The translations under genes and the position numbers were made by a program. Positions 20,782 through 30,907 of a stretch of 64,000 nucleotides of DNA are shown here, in pieces. The DNA comes from Candidatus Bathyarchaeota archaeon (GTDB lineage Archaea > Thermoproteota > Bathyarchaeia > Bathyarchaeales > Bathycorpusculaceae): positions 96,001 to 160,000 of the forward strand of contig CAVYES010000002.1 in NCBI GenBank assembly GCA_963767735.1. The letters run 5' to 3'. The notes below the pieces were generated by a model. The model was not told the origin of the DNA and did not search any database. It saw nothing but the letters and a program-made list of their open reading frames with translations. How positions within the stretch are numbered: the first letter of the stretch is position 1; each line of letters starts with the position of its first letter.

Positions 20782-22017
20782 ATGGCTAAAAAGGAAACGC
20801 AGGACCAAACGCAAAAGCGTATCCTGATTCTATGTGTGGATCGAGATGGCGATATCGAGGTCAAGACAGGAATAAAAACGCCTCTACTTGGGCGAACCGC
20901 AAACTTGGACGGCGCAGTTGCCTTAGCTCTAAAAGACCCGGAAGAGCCAGATGCAAATGCGATGTTTGAAGCTGTCCGGCTTCATGACAGGTTACAAAAC
21001 GAAAAGCAGCCTCAGGAAATTTTTGAAGTTGCTACGATTTCGGGTTCTGAGTTGGGCGGGGTTAGCGCTGACAGAAAATTGGTTGCTGAATTAAATAATT
21101 TACTAGATACTTTTAGTGCAAACGAAGTGATTTTGGTCAGTGATGGCTATTCTGACGAGGCAATTTTGCCGCTTGTTGAATCCCGAGTACCGGTTTCGTC
21201 GGTAAGGCGGGTAGTAATAAAGCATAGTGAGTCAATCGAAGAGACTGCTGCAGTATTTACAAAATACATTCGATTATTAATGAATAATCCAAGGTATGCG
21301 CGCGTGGCGTTAGGTTTGCCTGGGTTACTGGTTTTTATTTTCGGTGTTCTCTGGGCCATCAATAACTATGTTTACCCAGGCGCCATCGACTACTACGGAA
21401 TTGCCTTCGTTATTGTGCTAGGCGGTTTCTTGCTTATCAAGGGCTTTGGCGTTGACAGGTCAGCTAAAGACGCCTATACATGGATTAAAGAATATTCGCC
21501 GCCTCCTCTGCCAATGCAAATGTCAAATTACATGGTTTTCGCCGGACTTTTATGCGTCGCCGTCAGCGTTTATCTGGGAATAGCAAACGTCAATATTAAT
21601 GCCGGACCGTTTCCCAGTGCTTTCGCTGGATGGATAGCAATCACTCCAAGGATAATTACGTTCTTCATTAAGGGTATTGAGGATCTTCTAGTGATAGGTT
21701 TAATTATAATTTTTTCTGGACGAAGCATACGTTTATACTTTGAGCGAGACTCAAGATTGCTTCGGAATGTTGCTTTGATAGTTACTGTTGCCTGGTTCCG
21801 TTTTATCCTAGAAGCAACCGCGAACGTAATCTACAGCATATACAACTCAGCGGGGCAGTCAATAGTAACTCTTAGTAACCAGAATTTTTCAATGTTCATT
21901 TTTTCAATAATTGTAGGTATGCTAATCGGCATTGCGTCTGTGCTATTAATTTTAATAATTAGCAGGTCAACTAAAGGCTTCTTCCAAAAAACCGATAAGA
22001 ACCGAGAACCAGAATAA
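20782..22017 (+). CDS. DUF373-family membrane protein
   Basis: LCVDRDGD, DPEEPDAN, VSDGYSDE, followed by TM helices. Confidence 0.88.
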   Translation: MAKKETQDQTQKRILILCVDRDGDIEVKTGIKTPLLGRTANLDGAVALALKDPEEPDANAMFEAVRLHDRLQNEKQPQEIFEVATISGSELGGVSADRKLVAELNNLLDTFSANEVILVSDGYSDEAILPLVESRVPVSSVRRVVIKHSESIEETAAVFTKYIRLLMNNPRYARVALGLPGLLVFIFGVLWAINNYVYPGAIDYYGIAFVIVLGGFLLIKGFGVDRSAKDAYTWIKEYSPPPLPMQMSNYMVFAGLLCVAVSVYLGIANVNINAGPFPSAFAGWIAITPRIITFFIKGIEDLLVIGLIIIFSGRSIRLYFERDSRLLRNVALIVTVAWFRFILEATANVIYSIYNSAGQSIVTLSNQNFSMFIFSIIVGMLIGIASVLLILIISRSTKGFFQKTDKNREPE

Positions 22018-22144
22018 AGTTTTTCTTAGCCGATTAATCGGGAATTAGGGCAAGATTTAATTGAAACACTCAAGGTTAAAGTATGAAGCGAAGTTTAAGA
22101 GAAAAATCCCTTGAAGAATCGTTTAACATCCGAGGTCAAGTTTA

Positions 22145-22942
22145 GTGCTTAAAAAAATGCTTTCTGTCATCGGCGCATACAAACTGTACGAGAATTGGCT
22201 TTGGCAGCAGGTTAAAGGTGGAGTAAAACCTGAACATATCGCAATAATTTTGGACGGCAACCGGCGATGGGCAAACGAAAAGGAAAGTCACCCTTTCTTG
22301 CTGCAAGACAAATGGGGCCATCAGAACGGCGCTGACACGGTTGAGCAGCTTTTAGATTGGACTCATCTGATAGATGTCAAGTACGTCACCCTATACACGT
22401 TTTCAACGGAGAATTTTTCCCGGCATTCAGACGAAGTGGAGAAAATCATGCAGGTTGCTGAAGAAAGATTCCGAAAACTGCTACATGATGAACGTTTACA
22501 TCGTGATAAAATTCACGTGAAAGTCATGGGCAGAACTAACCTGCTGCCTAAAAGTTTGCAGGAAACTATCGCTGAGCTGGAAGCGGCAACGGCGAATTAT
22601 GACGCTTACTTCTGGAACTTCGCATTTGCTTATGGTGGCAGGGCAGAAATTGTGGATGCAACTAAAAAGATTGCTAGGGAAGTTAAAAGCGGCGCACTGG
22701 ACGTGGATGAAGTGACTGAGAGCACTTTTGAAAAGTACCTCTACACGTCACATATGGATAAACAGGACCCTGACATGATTATACGCACTTCAGGCGAAGA
22801 ACGATTAAGCGGGTTTCTGCTCTGGCAAGCCGCCTACAGTGAACTGCTATTTTTGGATGTTTACTGGCCTGACTTCCGATTAATCGACCTGCTGAGAGCC
22901 ATCAGAACCTTCCAGTACCGCAAACGACGGTTCGGTAAATAA
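22145..22942 (+). CDS. uppS: cis-prenyltransferase (undecaprenyl diphosphate synthase family)
   Basis: HIAIILDGNRRWA, FSTENF, YGGRAEI, IIRTSGEERLSGFLLWQ. Confidence 0.95.
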   Translation: MLKKMLSVIGAYKLYENWLWQQVKGGVKPEHIAIILDGNRRWANEKESHPFLLQDKWGHQNGADTVEQLLDWTHLIDVKYVTLYTFSTENFSRHSDEVEKIMQVAEERFRKLLHDERLHRDKIHVKVMGRTNLLPKSLQETIAELEAATANYDAYFWNFAFAYGGRAEIVDATKKIAREVKSGALDVDEVTESTFEKYLYTSHMDKQDPDMIIRTSGEERLSGFLLWQAAYSELLFLDVYWPDFRLIDLLRAIRTFQYRKRRFGK

Positions 22943-22979
22943 ATAACGTTTAACCTTTAACTATGTTCCATCGCTCTTT

Positions 22980-23080
22980 TTTTTGTGCTTGTTTTTGCCA
23001 CAAAAATTTGGTAGGTCTATAGGTAGTGCTGGTTTCTGTTCAGGGCTTGTTTTGCGTTGATTTTTCGATTCAGGGCTTAT
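22980..23080 (-). repeat. Degenerate ~100-bp intergenic repeat (core CTACCTATAGACC), copy 2
   Basis: GGTCTATAGGTAG at 23014-23026; inverted relative to the 16780 copy. Confidence 0.65.
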
Positions 23081-23125
23081 AGAGCACATAAAAAGAATTG
23101 CCCAAAAGAAGTAAGAGATAAAATG

Positions 23126-24349
23126 TTAAGCTCGTTTTTTGGCGCTTACGATGCTTATTACGTCTCTGTCTTTGAGGATGGCGTCTTCGCCGATTCTTCT
23201 TTTGTCTCGGGCGTCGATGGCGTAGATGAAGCTTTCTCCGAGTTCTGTGTGGATTATGTAGGCGAACTGATGCGCGGTTGTTCCTTTTGGAATGAGGTAT
23301 GCGTCTGGCAAAACTCTGCCGTTATGGTCAGAGAGGTGCTCTAAATCTTCTACGGGATAAACGGTTATCATGTTAAGAAGTTTAAAGTAAGCCATGTTCA
23401 TGGCTTCTTGGATGCCTGTTGTCCCGTTTTTCTGCAGCACTTTTTCACGTATAGCCTCTAAAGCCTTAATCTGGCCTGCTGAGAGCTTTTCTGGCTGCGT
23501 TATCTTGAAGTCGCGGTCGCCTGGTTTATAATCGATTAACTGTTTTTCGGCGGCGCGCCTAAGTGCAAGTTCGGCTTCGGCGGAGCATGGAATAACCATG
23601 TAATCCAGCTTCTTCATGCGTTCCACGTTAACTTCAGCCGTCGGCAAATCAATCTTGTTCGCTACTATCAGCATGGGTTTTGATAAACGTCTTAAATAAT
23701 CAACGAAACGGTAGAAGTCTTCATCACTCCATGTGGCGGGTTTGTCAACATTCAAGTTTGCCAGCCTGATAGCTTCAGCGACATATTGTCGCCTTATGCC
23801 TAAACCTGTTAAACGTTCTTCAAGATGCGATGCTATGCCTTTTTTATCCGCTTCCGCTGTCCGAGAGATTTTAGACCAATCCTTCTTAAGGATGGCTACC
23901 ATCCACATTGTTATTTCCCGTTCAAGAAACTTTACATCTTCTAAGGGATCATGTTCACCTGGTTTGCAAGTTTTTCCTTCGCAGTCTGTTCCGCCTGAAG
24001 CGTCAACTACATGTATGAGCGCGTCTGCTCTGCGTATTTCGTCTAGAAACTGGTTTCCTAAGCCGCGTCCTTCCCAAGCGCCTGGAACAATGCCTGCGAT
24101 GTCGATTAATTCTACAGGAACAAGCCTGACGCCGTCAAGGCACAGAGAGTTTTTAGGGTTATCTTTCACTTTGAATTCTTCATGAACGCAAGGCGTCCGT
24201 ACATAGCCGACTCCCCTGTTAGGCTTAATTGTGGTGAAAGGATAATTGGCTATTTCTGCCGCTGCCAAAGTAGCCGCGCTGAAAAACGTGGATTTTCCCG
24301 TGTTCGGTTTTCCAACGACCCCAAGCAATCGCGAATAAGACCTTTGCAT
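23126..24349 (-). CDS. ychF: OBG-family GTPase/ATPase (YchF-like) with C-terminal TGS domain
   Basis: GKPNTGKST, YPFTTI, DIAG, ANKID, TGS-type C-terminus. Confidence 0.9.
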   Translation of the reverse strand: MQRSYSRLLGVVGKPNTGKSTFFSAATLAAAEIANYPFTTIKPNRGVGYVRTPCVHEEFKVKDNPKNSLCLDGVRLVPVELIDIAGIVPGAWEGRGLGNQFLDEIRRADALIHVVDASGGTDCEGKTCKPGEHDPLEDVKFLEREITMWMVAILKKDWSKISRTAEADKKGIASHLEERLTGLGIRRQYVAEAIRLANLNVDKPATWSDEDFYRFVDYLRRLSKPMLIVANKIDLPTAEVNVERMKKLDYMVIPCSAEAELALRRAAEKQLIDYKPGDRDFKITQPEKLSAGQIKALEAIREKVLQKNGTTGIQEAMNMAYFKLLNMITVYPVEDLEHLSDHNGRVLPDAYLIPKGTTAHQFAYIIHTELGESFIYAIDARDKRRIGEDAILKDRDVISIVSAKKRA

Positions 24350-24692
24350 ATGTTACTTCACGCAGTACTGTTGCATGTGTAGTGCTATATTATTTGTGCT
24401 TATAAACAATGAAAGACCTTGTGATTTCAATCTTGATAAGTAATCAAATCAAGTGCGGTTGTTTTCTCTTGAACGATGCGACTTTGGACAAGCGCTCATG
24501 CTAACCAAAAGGCGAGCCCAAGCATCTCGAGTTGAACAACATAGGATAAAAAAAATTCCAAAATTATTTCTTGTATTTTATATGTTCTGATGATAAGCTT
24601 TTGGATGGCAAGCCTAACTCTCTATATACTCCCCAGATTTTGCAAGGCCATGGTCACTTAGAATCATCCGGACAACACTTATCACAGGTCTT

Positions 24693-26957
24693 TCATCTCG
24701 GCTTCCTTAACTTTTGGCTATTCCTGAGCAGATAGATTGATAATCCGATTATTGCCGTTATCAAGGCGGTGCCCATTATTAGTGAAACTGTTGAGTATAT
24801 GATTTGGCTTTGCCAGTTCCAAGTGATGCTTGAAGGTTGATTTATCGTGAAGTGTAAATTGGTGTTTGTTCCTGTTGCTGGGGCGCTTCCTGTCCCTGTC
24901 CACCCCGTGCATACTTGCTCTGCAATAATGGATTGGGGAACAGAAGAAGTAACATCCTCGTTTATGTTTGAACTCGCATTAAACCAGCCGCTTTCCAGGC
25001 TTTGAGTACCATAAGCGGATGAAACGTTCAAGTAGTATTGGGTGACCCAAGTTGCAGTTGCGGTTTTAGGGGTATTCATTGTTATGCCGTAACTTGTTGC
25101 TCCTGAACCTGAAGAATCGCCACTCCAGCCAGTAAGAACATATTGGATGCCTGAGCCTCCGGATACAATGTTAGATGCAACATTGGCATAAGCTGTTGAA
25201 CCGCTTTCATACCAGCCTGAGCCTGAGGGCGAACCATAGGTTGAAATTACAGCTAAATAGTACTGGTGGATGTAGCTTGGGTTTACTGTAATTGCCCCAG
25301 CTATGTTTCCAGCAGTGCCTACCGAAGAACTCCACTTTTCAGTTCCTGATGTGGCTTCTACAATGGCAGGGATCGACCAAGGCGTATTTGCATCTAGCCA
25401 TGTTATCTGATTGCTGGTGGTGAGAACCAGTTGATAATTGGATCCGAATTGTGTTCCTGATAACATGAGGCTAGATGACGTTGCGGAATCGTCTGAGATT
25501 GAATAGCTGGCTGTGACTTGATACTGGCGGTAATAAATTAGTAGATTTGGAATTTGATTCGCCTGTGATATGCTCCAGGATGATGTTGGAGTAGCCCATC
25601 GGTCTTGTGAAAGACCTGAGATATTATTGCTCACGGTGGCTGATGTTCCTCTCAGAACCATTTCAGTTTGCGGAGAAATTTGAGGTAGCGAAATAGTATT
25701 AGTCGTTTGGCTGAATTGGGCAGATGCAGCTGAAGGAGCTGTGAAGTAGGTCAATGTTGGATTAGCAGGGTTTCCACCACCTGATATTTCATAAGCGACT
25801 TGTTGACTGAGGATATCATAGTAATAGAAAGTTGAAGTGGATCCCGCAGGTACAGTTACGTTAGCACCTTGCGAATTCAACACCCATTCTTCAGTTGAGG
25901 AAGAACCCGTGGACACCCCAGATATCACCACGTTACTGCCGTTATCCACAGTTAATGTCAACGTACCATCTTGGGCATAACTAGCCTGTGGTAGACTATC
26001 GAAAGTAAACGAAACCGCAAACTCGTTCGTGCCAGAAAGAGGGGTCGACCCGCCAGCAGGAAGCAACGTTATATAGGTCGTTTGCTGGACAATTGAGCCC
26101 GTGATAAACTGGTAGGCACTGCTGTATTCAGTTACTCCATGAGAGGCGAAAGATTGAAGTTGAGTTGGGCTCGAGTAAGTTACTTGGGTTTTGGTGCTCC
26201 ATTGTCCCGACCAGTTAGGGTTACTTGGTTCCCATTCATCCATCCACATCCAGGCGGATGAAAGACCAAAACCACTGGAATAAGTAACCTGAGTTTCGTC
26301 TCCACTATATGGGGTTGCGTGGTACCATTCAGTCATAAGCCCAGTGAAGAATCCGTTGTTACTTGGTGATGAAAGACCAATAAAAGAGGCGGTTTGGTTA
26401 TCTGCATAGGCTGCTTGTGCGATTGCTCCTGTGTTCCAGTCTTTGGCGGACAAGGAAACGACGCCGTTGCTAATGTAAATATCAAGAAGAACTAAATCTC
26501 CTGAATTAACTGTGCCTTCGGAGAATGATTTTTGTCCTCCGCTGTTAATTGGATAAACGGATTTTCCCGCTGGATTAAAAACCTCGTAGTTAAAGTTAAA
26601 ACCTTGAGCATATCCTCCGTTCGCATTTGGCCAGTTATATGATATGCCCACTTGATACCAGTAATTATCGTTTGATAATCCGTTTAGAAGGTAAGCTGGC
26701 CCGTAGCCTTCTGAATCGGCTTGAGACGTTGTAGTGACGTTGTAAGCGAGGCTTGCAAAGTTTTGAGTAAACGTTATTCCAAGCTGTTCATCATAGTTTG
26801 CAGAGGGAAGCGGAGATAACGGCACCGTTAATCCTGAGACGATGGGCAACAAGGCACTTTGCATGTGGCTAAAATCAGCTGTATCAGCTGTTTGTGCATG
26901 CACACCAGAACAGAAGCAGCAAGCAAGAACTAGAAGACAAGAAACAATGACAATCAA
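24693..26957 (-). CDS. Secreted, C-terminally anchored surface protein; N-terminal putative thermopsin/G1-peptidase-like domain and beta-sandwich repeats
   Basis: Signal peptide; GPAYLLNG...YWYQVG...MTEWY; QYYLxVxSxYG...GW repeats; C-terminal TM with basic tail. Confidence 0.65.
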   Translation of the reverse strand: MIVIVSCLLVLACCFCSGVHAQTADTADFSHMQSALLPIVSGLTVPLSPLPSANYDEQLGITFTQNFASLAYNVTTTSQADSEGYGPAYLLNGLSNDNYWYQVGISYNWPNANGGYAQGFNFNYEVFNPAGKSVYPINSGGQKSFSEGTVNSGDLVLLDIYISNGVVSLSAKDWNTGAIAQAAYADNQTASFIGLSSPSNNGFFTGLMTEWYHATPYSGDETQVTYSSGFGLSSAWMWMDEWEPSNPNWSGQWSTKTQVTYSSPTQLQSFASHGVTEYSSAYQFITGSIVQQTTYITLLPAGGSTPLSGTNEFAVSFTFDSLPQASYAQDGTLTLTVDNGSNVVISGVSTGSSSTEEWVLNSQGANVTVPAGSTSTFYYYDILSQQVAYEISGGGNPANPTLTYFTAPSAASAQFSQTTNTISLPQISPQTEMVLRGTSATVSNNISGLSQDRWATPTSSWSISQANQIPNLLIYYRQYQVTASYSISDDSATSSSLMLSGTQFGSNYQLVLTTSNQITWLDANTPWSIPAIVEATSGTEKWSSSVGTAGNIAGAITVNPSYIHQYYLAVISTYGSPSGSGWYESGSTAYANVASNIVSGGSGIQYVLTGWSGDSSGSGATSYGITMNTPKTATATWVTQYYLNVSSAYGTQSLESGWFNASSNINEDVTSSVPQSIIAEQVCTGWTGTGSAPATGTNTNLHFTINQPSSITWNWQSQIIYSTVSLIMGTALITAIIGLSIYLLRNSQKLRKPR

Positions 26958-27318
26958 TTCGATAAATCGATAATTATTTTTCGTTTATTTCCCCCAAATC
27001 TGTAGTTTTCAATTTTGCTCTCTTGACGACTAATCTTATTCATATTGGAACTTATGGTTCCTCAAGACGCTCACTGCTTTAGGACTTGTGTGATAATGAA
27101 TAACTCAATTTAAATAACCTTGTGCGTGCGCTGAGCTACCCAACAGTCTGCGTTTAAATGCTAAAGTTAAACGTAAAAGCGCACTACATATTGCTTCTCA
27201 AATAGAGAATTTCGCCGTTGCGTTGAAGTAGATTAGTTGCAGCTTTGTCGTCAATCAGCCAATGCAAAGAATATTTTTATTTAAGCATGCTTGCTTGTTT
27301 ACAGAAGGTTAGTTAGTT

Positions 27319-28698
27319 TTGTTGGATTCAGCCACGATGTCCCTCTTTGACCGTTTTCTTTTTGCTTTTACGATTGCATCTCACATTATACTTGTTTCTG
27401 TGAGCATAGCAATAATTGTTATAATTTCGATAGCAGAATTTATCTCACTACGCAGAAATGACCGATACTACAGCGCTCTCTCAAAGCGGCTCTCCAGGGC
27501 GTTTGTGGTGATTTTTGGCATCGGAACAGCCAGCGGCGTAGTAATGGCAGTCGAGCTTGTAACCCTGTTCCCCGCCTTCATGACACTCGTATCTGAAACT
27601 GGGGCAATCTCAATCTTCTACACCGAAATCTTCGCATTCTTCCTCGAAACCATCGCGCTGGTCATGTACGTCTACTATGCTGACTATTTGGGCAGATACA
27701 CCCACTGGATGCTGTCAATCGTCATCGCAGCTGGCGCACTGCTTTCAGCCATACTCATCACCATGCTCAACGCCTGGATGAACACACCAAACGGATTTAA
27801 CCAATCTGCCTTCATTCAAAACGGAAAAGTCACTGGGCTTGCAATTTGGGCGCCCTTCGTCACGTCATCAACCTTAGCTGAGGTGGCTCATGTGCTTCCG
27901 ACGGTATTGTTCGCGGGAGTGATGCTTGTTGGGGGCTACTTCGCATGGCGAACCATCAGGTCAAAAGACATCGAAGAAAAAAAGATGCTGATGAAAGGGT
28001 TGAAAATTGCAGCTGCACTAGGAATAATAACGATAGTCATAGCGATGCTAACTGGAATAAACGAGATAACGACGCTGCTTAAACTTCAGCCGCTGAAGTA
28101 CGCAGCGATTGAACTCAATCCGTCGCCTGGTACTAACTTGCCAGAAAAATTGTTTGGCACTTTAGTTAACGGCCAGTTTACTGGTGGCATCCCAATTCCT
28201 CACCTGCAATCATTCCTTGTGCAGATTGAAACTGGAATCAAAGCTGTTCCGGGGCTTTCGCAGTTTCCATCCTCGAATTGGCCCCCGCTCTATGTGCATA
28301 CAACCTTTGATACAATGGTAATTGGAGGCTTCTTGCTTGGTTTGTTCTTTTTAGCCTATTTTGTCGATTGGGCAGTTTTGAGAAGAAAGCCGCATGAGTC
28401 CAAAGTTTTTCTGTACAGTTGGGTTCCTCTTGCGTTTTTCGCTCTGATAATTATGGAGTTGGGTTGGGTGACAGACGAGGTCGGAAGACAACCCTGGATA
28501 ATCTACAACGTGTTAACCAGCCAGCAGGCAGCCAACTTCAGCTCATCCTTTTTAATTCCAGGCATTCTGATAATCGCTTTCTACCTCATCTTGCTGCCGC
28601 TTACCTTCTACTTCTTCACGCGGGTCTTCAATTCCAGCTCAATGTCTAATGGTGACAAGGAACAAAAAGAAGCAACCAAAAAGGGTGTGAACTATTGA
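27319..28698 (+). CDS. cydA: Cytochrome bd quinol oxidase subunit I
   Basis: His in TM1 (IASHII), GTASG, EIFAFFLE, NAWMNTP, QPLKYAAIE (Q-loop), ELGWVTDEVGRQPW. Confidence 0.93.
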   Translation: MLDSATMSLFDRFLFAFTIASHIILVSVSIAIIVIISIAEFISLRRNDRYYSALSKRLSRAFVVIFGIGTASGVVMAVELVTLFPAFMTLVSETGAISIFYTEIFAFFLETIALVMYVYYADYLGRYTHWMLSIVIAAGALLSAILITMLNAWMNTPNGFNQSAFIQNGKVTGLAIWAPFVTSSTLAEVAHVLPTVLFAGVMLVGGYFAWRTIRSKDIEEKKMLMKGLKIAAALGIITIVIAMLTGINEITTLLKLQPLKYAAIELNPSPGTNLPEKLFGTLVNGQFTGGIPIPHLQSFLVQIETGIKAVPGLSQFPSSNWPPLYVHTTFDTMVIGGFLLGLFFLAYFVDWAVLRRKPHESKVFLYSWVPLAFFALIIMELGWVTDEVGRQPWIIYNVLTSQQAANFSSSFLIPGILIIAFYLILLPLTFYFFTRVFNSSSMSNGDKEQKEATKKGVNY

Positions 28699-29651
28699 AC
28701 GTAATATTTGAATTCTATTTTGCCGTCTTTGCGATATTTGCTTCACTTTTGATAACTGAGATTATGGGCTCAGTTGTTTTGCTTCTTTTCTGGAAACAGG
28801 CAAACTCGAAGGTTCTCGAATACATTGCGCCCATCTGGGAAGTTACAGGCACGTTCGCGGCGTTTCTGGTTGTGATGGGAGACTTTGCCTTCCCCTCTCT
28901 TTTGGTTCCCATCTCTTCCGTCTTCGCGGCTTTGCTCACAGTGTTTTTGATTCTCTTTGTTGGAAGGAACGCGTCATTGGCTTTTGCAGAATTCATAATC
29001 AAAAGAAAGTGGCTCGATAAAGAAAAGCTCTACAAGATCTACGCTGTGTCAACGCTGATTCTCGGTTTTACCGTTCTTATTCTTCTCTCAGCTCTGGTCA
29101 GCGGCGCAGGCGTTAATTTTCCTGCAGGGGCCTTTCTACTTGGCGCTGGAACCTTTTCACTTGGCGCTTGGGTTTCCTCTTCCGGCTCCCTGCTTTTTGT
29201 TGTAGGCACGCTTGTCGTAGCTATCGGTGCTGCACCAGTATTCTTTTCTCTCAATTCTATGAAGAAAATCGTTTTGCCTTTGACCGCGGCTGGCGTTGGC
29301 ATATCGGTTCTTGCTTACTACTTGTATTCGCCCACGTACGTCTCCGCCCTAATGCTTATACCCGCCACCCTCACCCTGCTGGTCGCCGTTCTCTTCCTGA
29401 CATCGAAAAAGACCGCGGCAATAGTTTCAAACAAGGCAATTTTCATAACATTTCTCACCATCATAATATTCTCTCTCCAGTTTCTAGTCTATCCCACTGC
29501 AATTGGCGGCGCACTCCATGTTGACGCAGAAACAGCATCAGGTCCAATGACCACCGCGTACTTCACCATTACAGCAGCCGGAGGAGTAATGCTTGCAATA
29601 ATGCTCGGGTTCTACATGAATATCGCGGCGCGCTGGAAAAACTCCAAGTAA
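28695..29651 (+). CDS. cydB: Cytochrome bd oxidase subunit II (divergent)
   Basis: Overlaps the cydA stop; PIWEVTGT equivalent of the PxW(D/E)xN motif, FAFP; about 9 TM helices. Confidence 0.75.
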   Translation: MNVIFEFYFAVFAIFASLLITEIMGSVVLLLFWKQANSKVLEYIAPIWEVTGTFAAFLVVMGDFAFPSLLVPISSVFAALLTVFLILFVGRNASLAFAEFIIKRKWLDKEKLYKIYAVSTLILGFTVLILLSALVSGAGVNFPAGAFLLGAGTFSLGAWVSSSGSLLFVVGTLVVAIGAAPVFFSLNSMKKIVLPLTAAGVGISVLAYYLYSPTYVSALMLIPATLTLLVAVLFLTSKKTAAIVSNKAIFITFLTIIIFSLQFLVYPTAIGGALHVDAETASGPMTTAYFTITAAGGVMLAIMLGFYMNIAARWKNSK

Positions 29652-29840
29652 AAAGGGCAATCGACTTTACATACGGACATCTAAACCACTCATAAGTTAG
29701 TTGGGCAAACGGGACTGAAGAAAGAAGAAAAGTTAAATGTTGGCAAGACTATTTTTTTAGTGCAAAAGAATCTTACCTGGAAAGAATTATGGATTTTTGG
29801 GAATGGCTCCAAGTAACTTTGAGTTCCAAAGGGTGTCTTT

Positions 29841-30829
29841 ATGACTTATGACCTTGCCCCTCTTGAATGGAATGAACTGGCATATCAAACTTATCTTGAG
29901 CGAACAAGAAGGGAGATGGACACTGAGATTTCGAGTCTTATCCGAAAGGTCGCGAATCTTAGACTTAACGAAAAAATCGTTTACGTTCTGCAGACTCGGG
30001 GAAAACTGTTAAGACCAACATTGGTTCTGCTAAGCGGTCAGAGCGTAGGCGCGAACAAAGAGCCTTTGAAAAAGCTGGCTTTAGCCATCGAGTTGTTACA
30101 TGAAGCCACGCTGGTTCATGATGACATTTTGGATAATGACGGCTTAAGGCGAGATGCTATTGCTGTTCACGCGAAATGGAGCGTTAAAGACGCAATCTTG
30201 GTCGGCGACGCATTAGCTTCTCTTTCCCTTAACTTGGCTGCTGATTACGGCAAGGAAATCTCCAAAGTAGTTTCGCATGCATGCCTCTTGCTTTGCGACG
30301 GCGAATGCATTGATGCATTAACGACAAGTACCGAGTTGTCTGAAGGTGATTATTTTGAGAAAATCATGAAGAAATCTGCCTCCCTCTTTAGTGCAGCAAC
30401 TCTGTGCGGAGCCATCGCTGGAGGCGGTTCCTTGCTTGAAAACGATTGTTTGGAGGAATTTGGTGAAAACTTCGGGGTAGCCTACCAAATTCGGGATGAC
30501 CTCTCTGATATAGTCTCTTTAAGAGGAGGTGCAACTCCCAACCCAATGACTTACAAACGCTGCCATTAATTCACATGAACAGCTCGGCAAACAGTTTAGA
30601 AAAAAATCTCCTCAAAAGTTTTCTTTCAGAAAAAGTAGAAAACGGTTCAGAACCAAAGATTACTCCAGAAAAACTCTATGAGTGCCTGGAGAATTCTGGA
30701 TCCTTGGCTTACTGCGCAGAAAAAATAAACGGTTACCTAACCAGAGCAGTTGAAAGCTTAGAACCACTTAAAAAAAGCGTTTATAAGTCTTACTTAATTA
30801 AGATGGCAGACTCTCTGAGAACGCCATAA
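29841..30829 (+). pseudogene. trans-Polyprenyl diphosphate synthase split by a frameshift
   Basis: RGKLLRP, ATLVHDDILD...RR, YQIRDDLSD in 29841-30569; the TLPLIH motif and C-terminal helices continue in another frame to 30829. Confidence 0.85.
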
Positions 30830-30907
30830 ACTCTTTCAGAAAGAAATCGAACCTAATAGTGAGCTTGATTCTTACTAAACAAATATTCGGGTTTTCCAAG
30901 CCATAAA

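Noticed and set aside
27008-27019. TTCAATTTTGCT half-site (also AATTTTGCTA near 61635)
   Set aside because: The second arm is absent; could be chance in AT-rich DNA.
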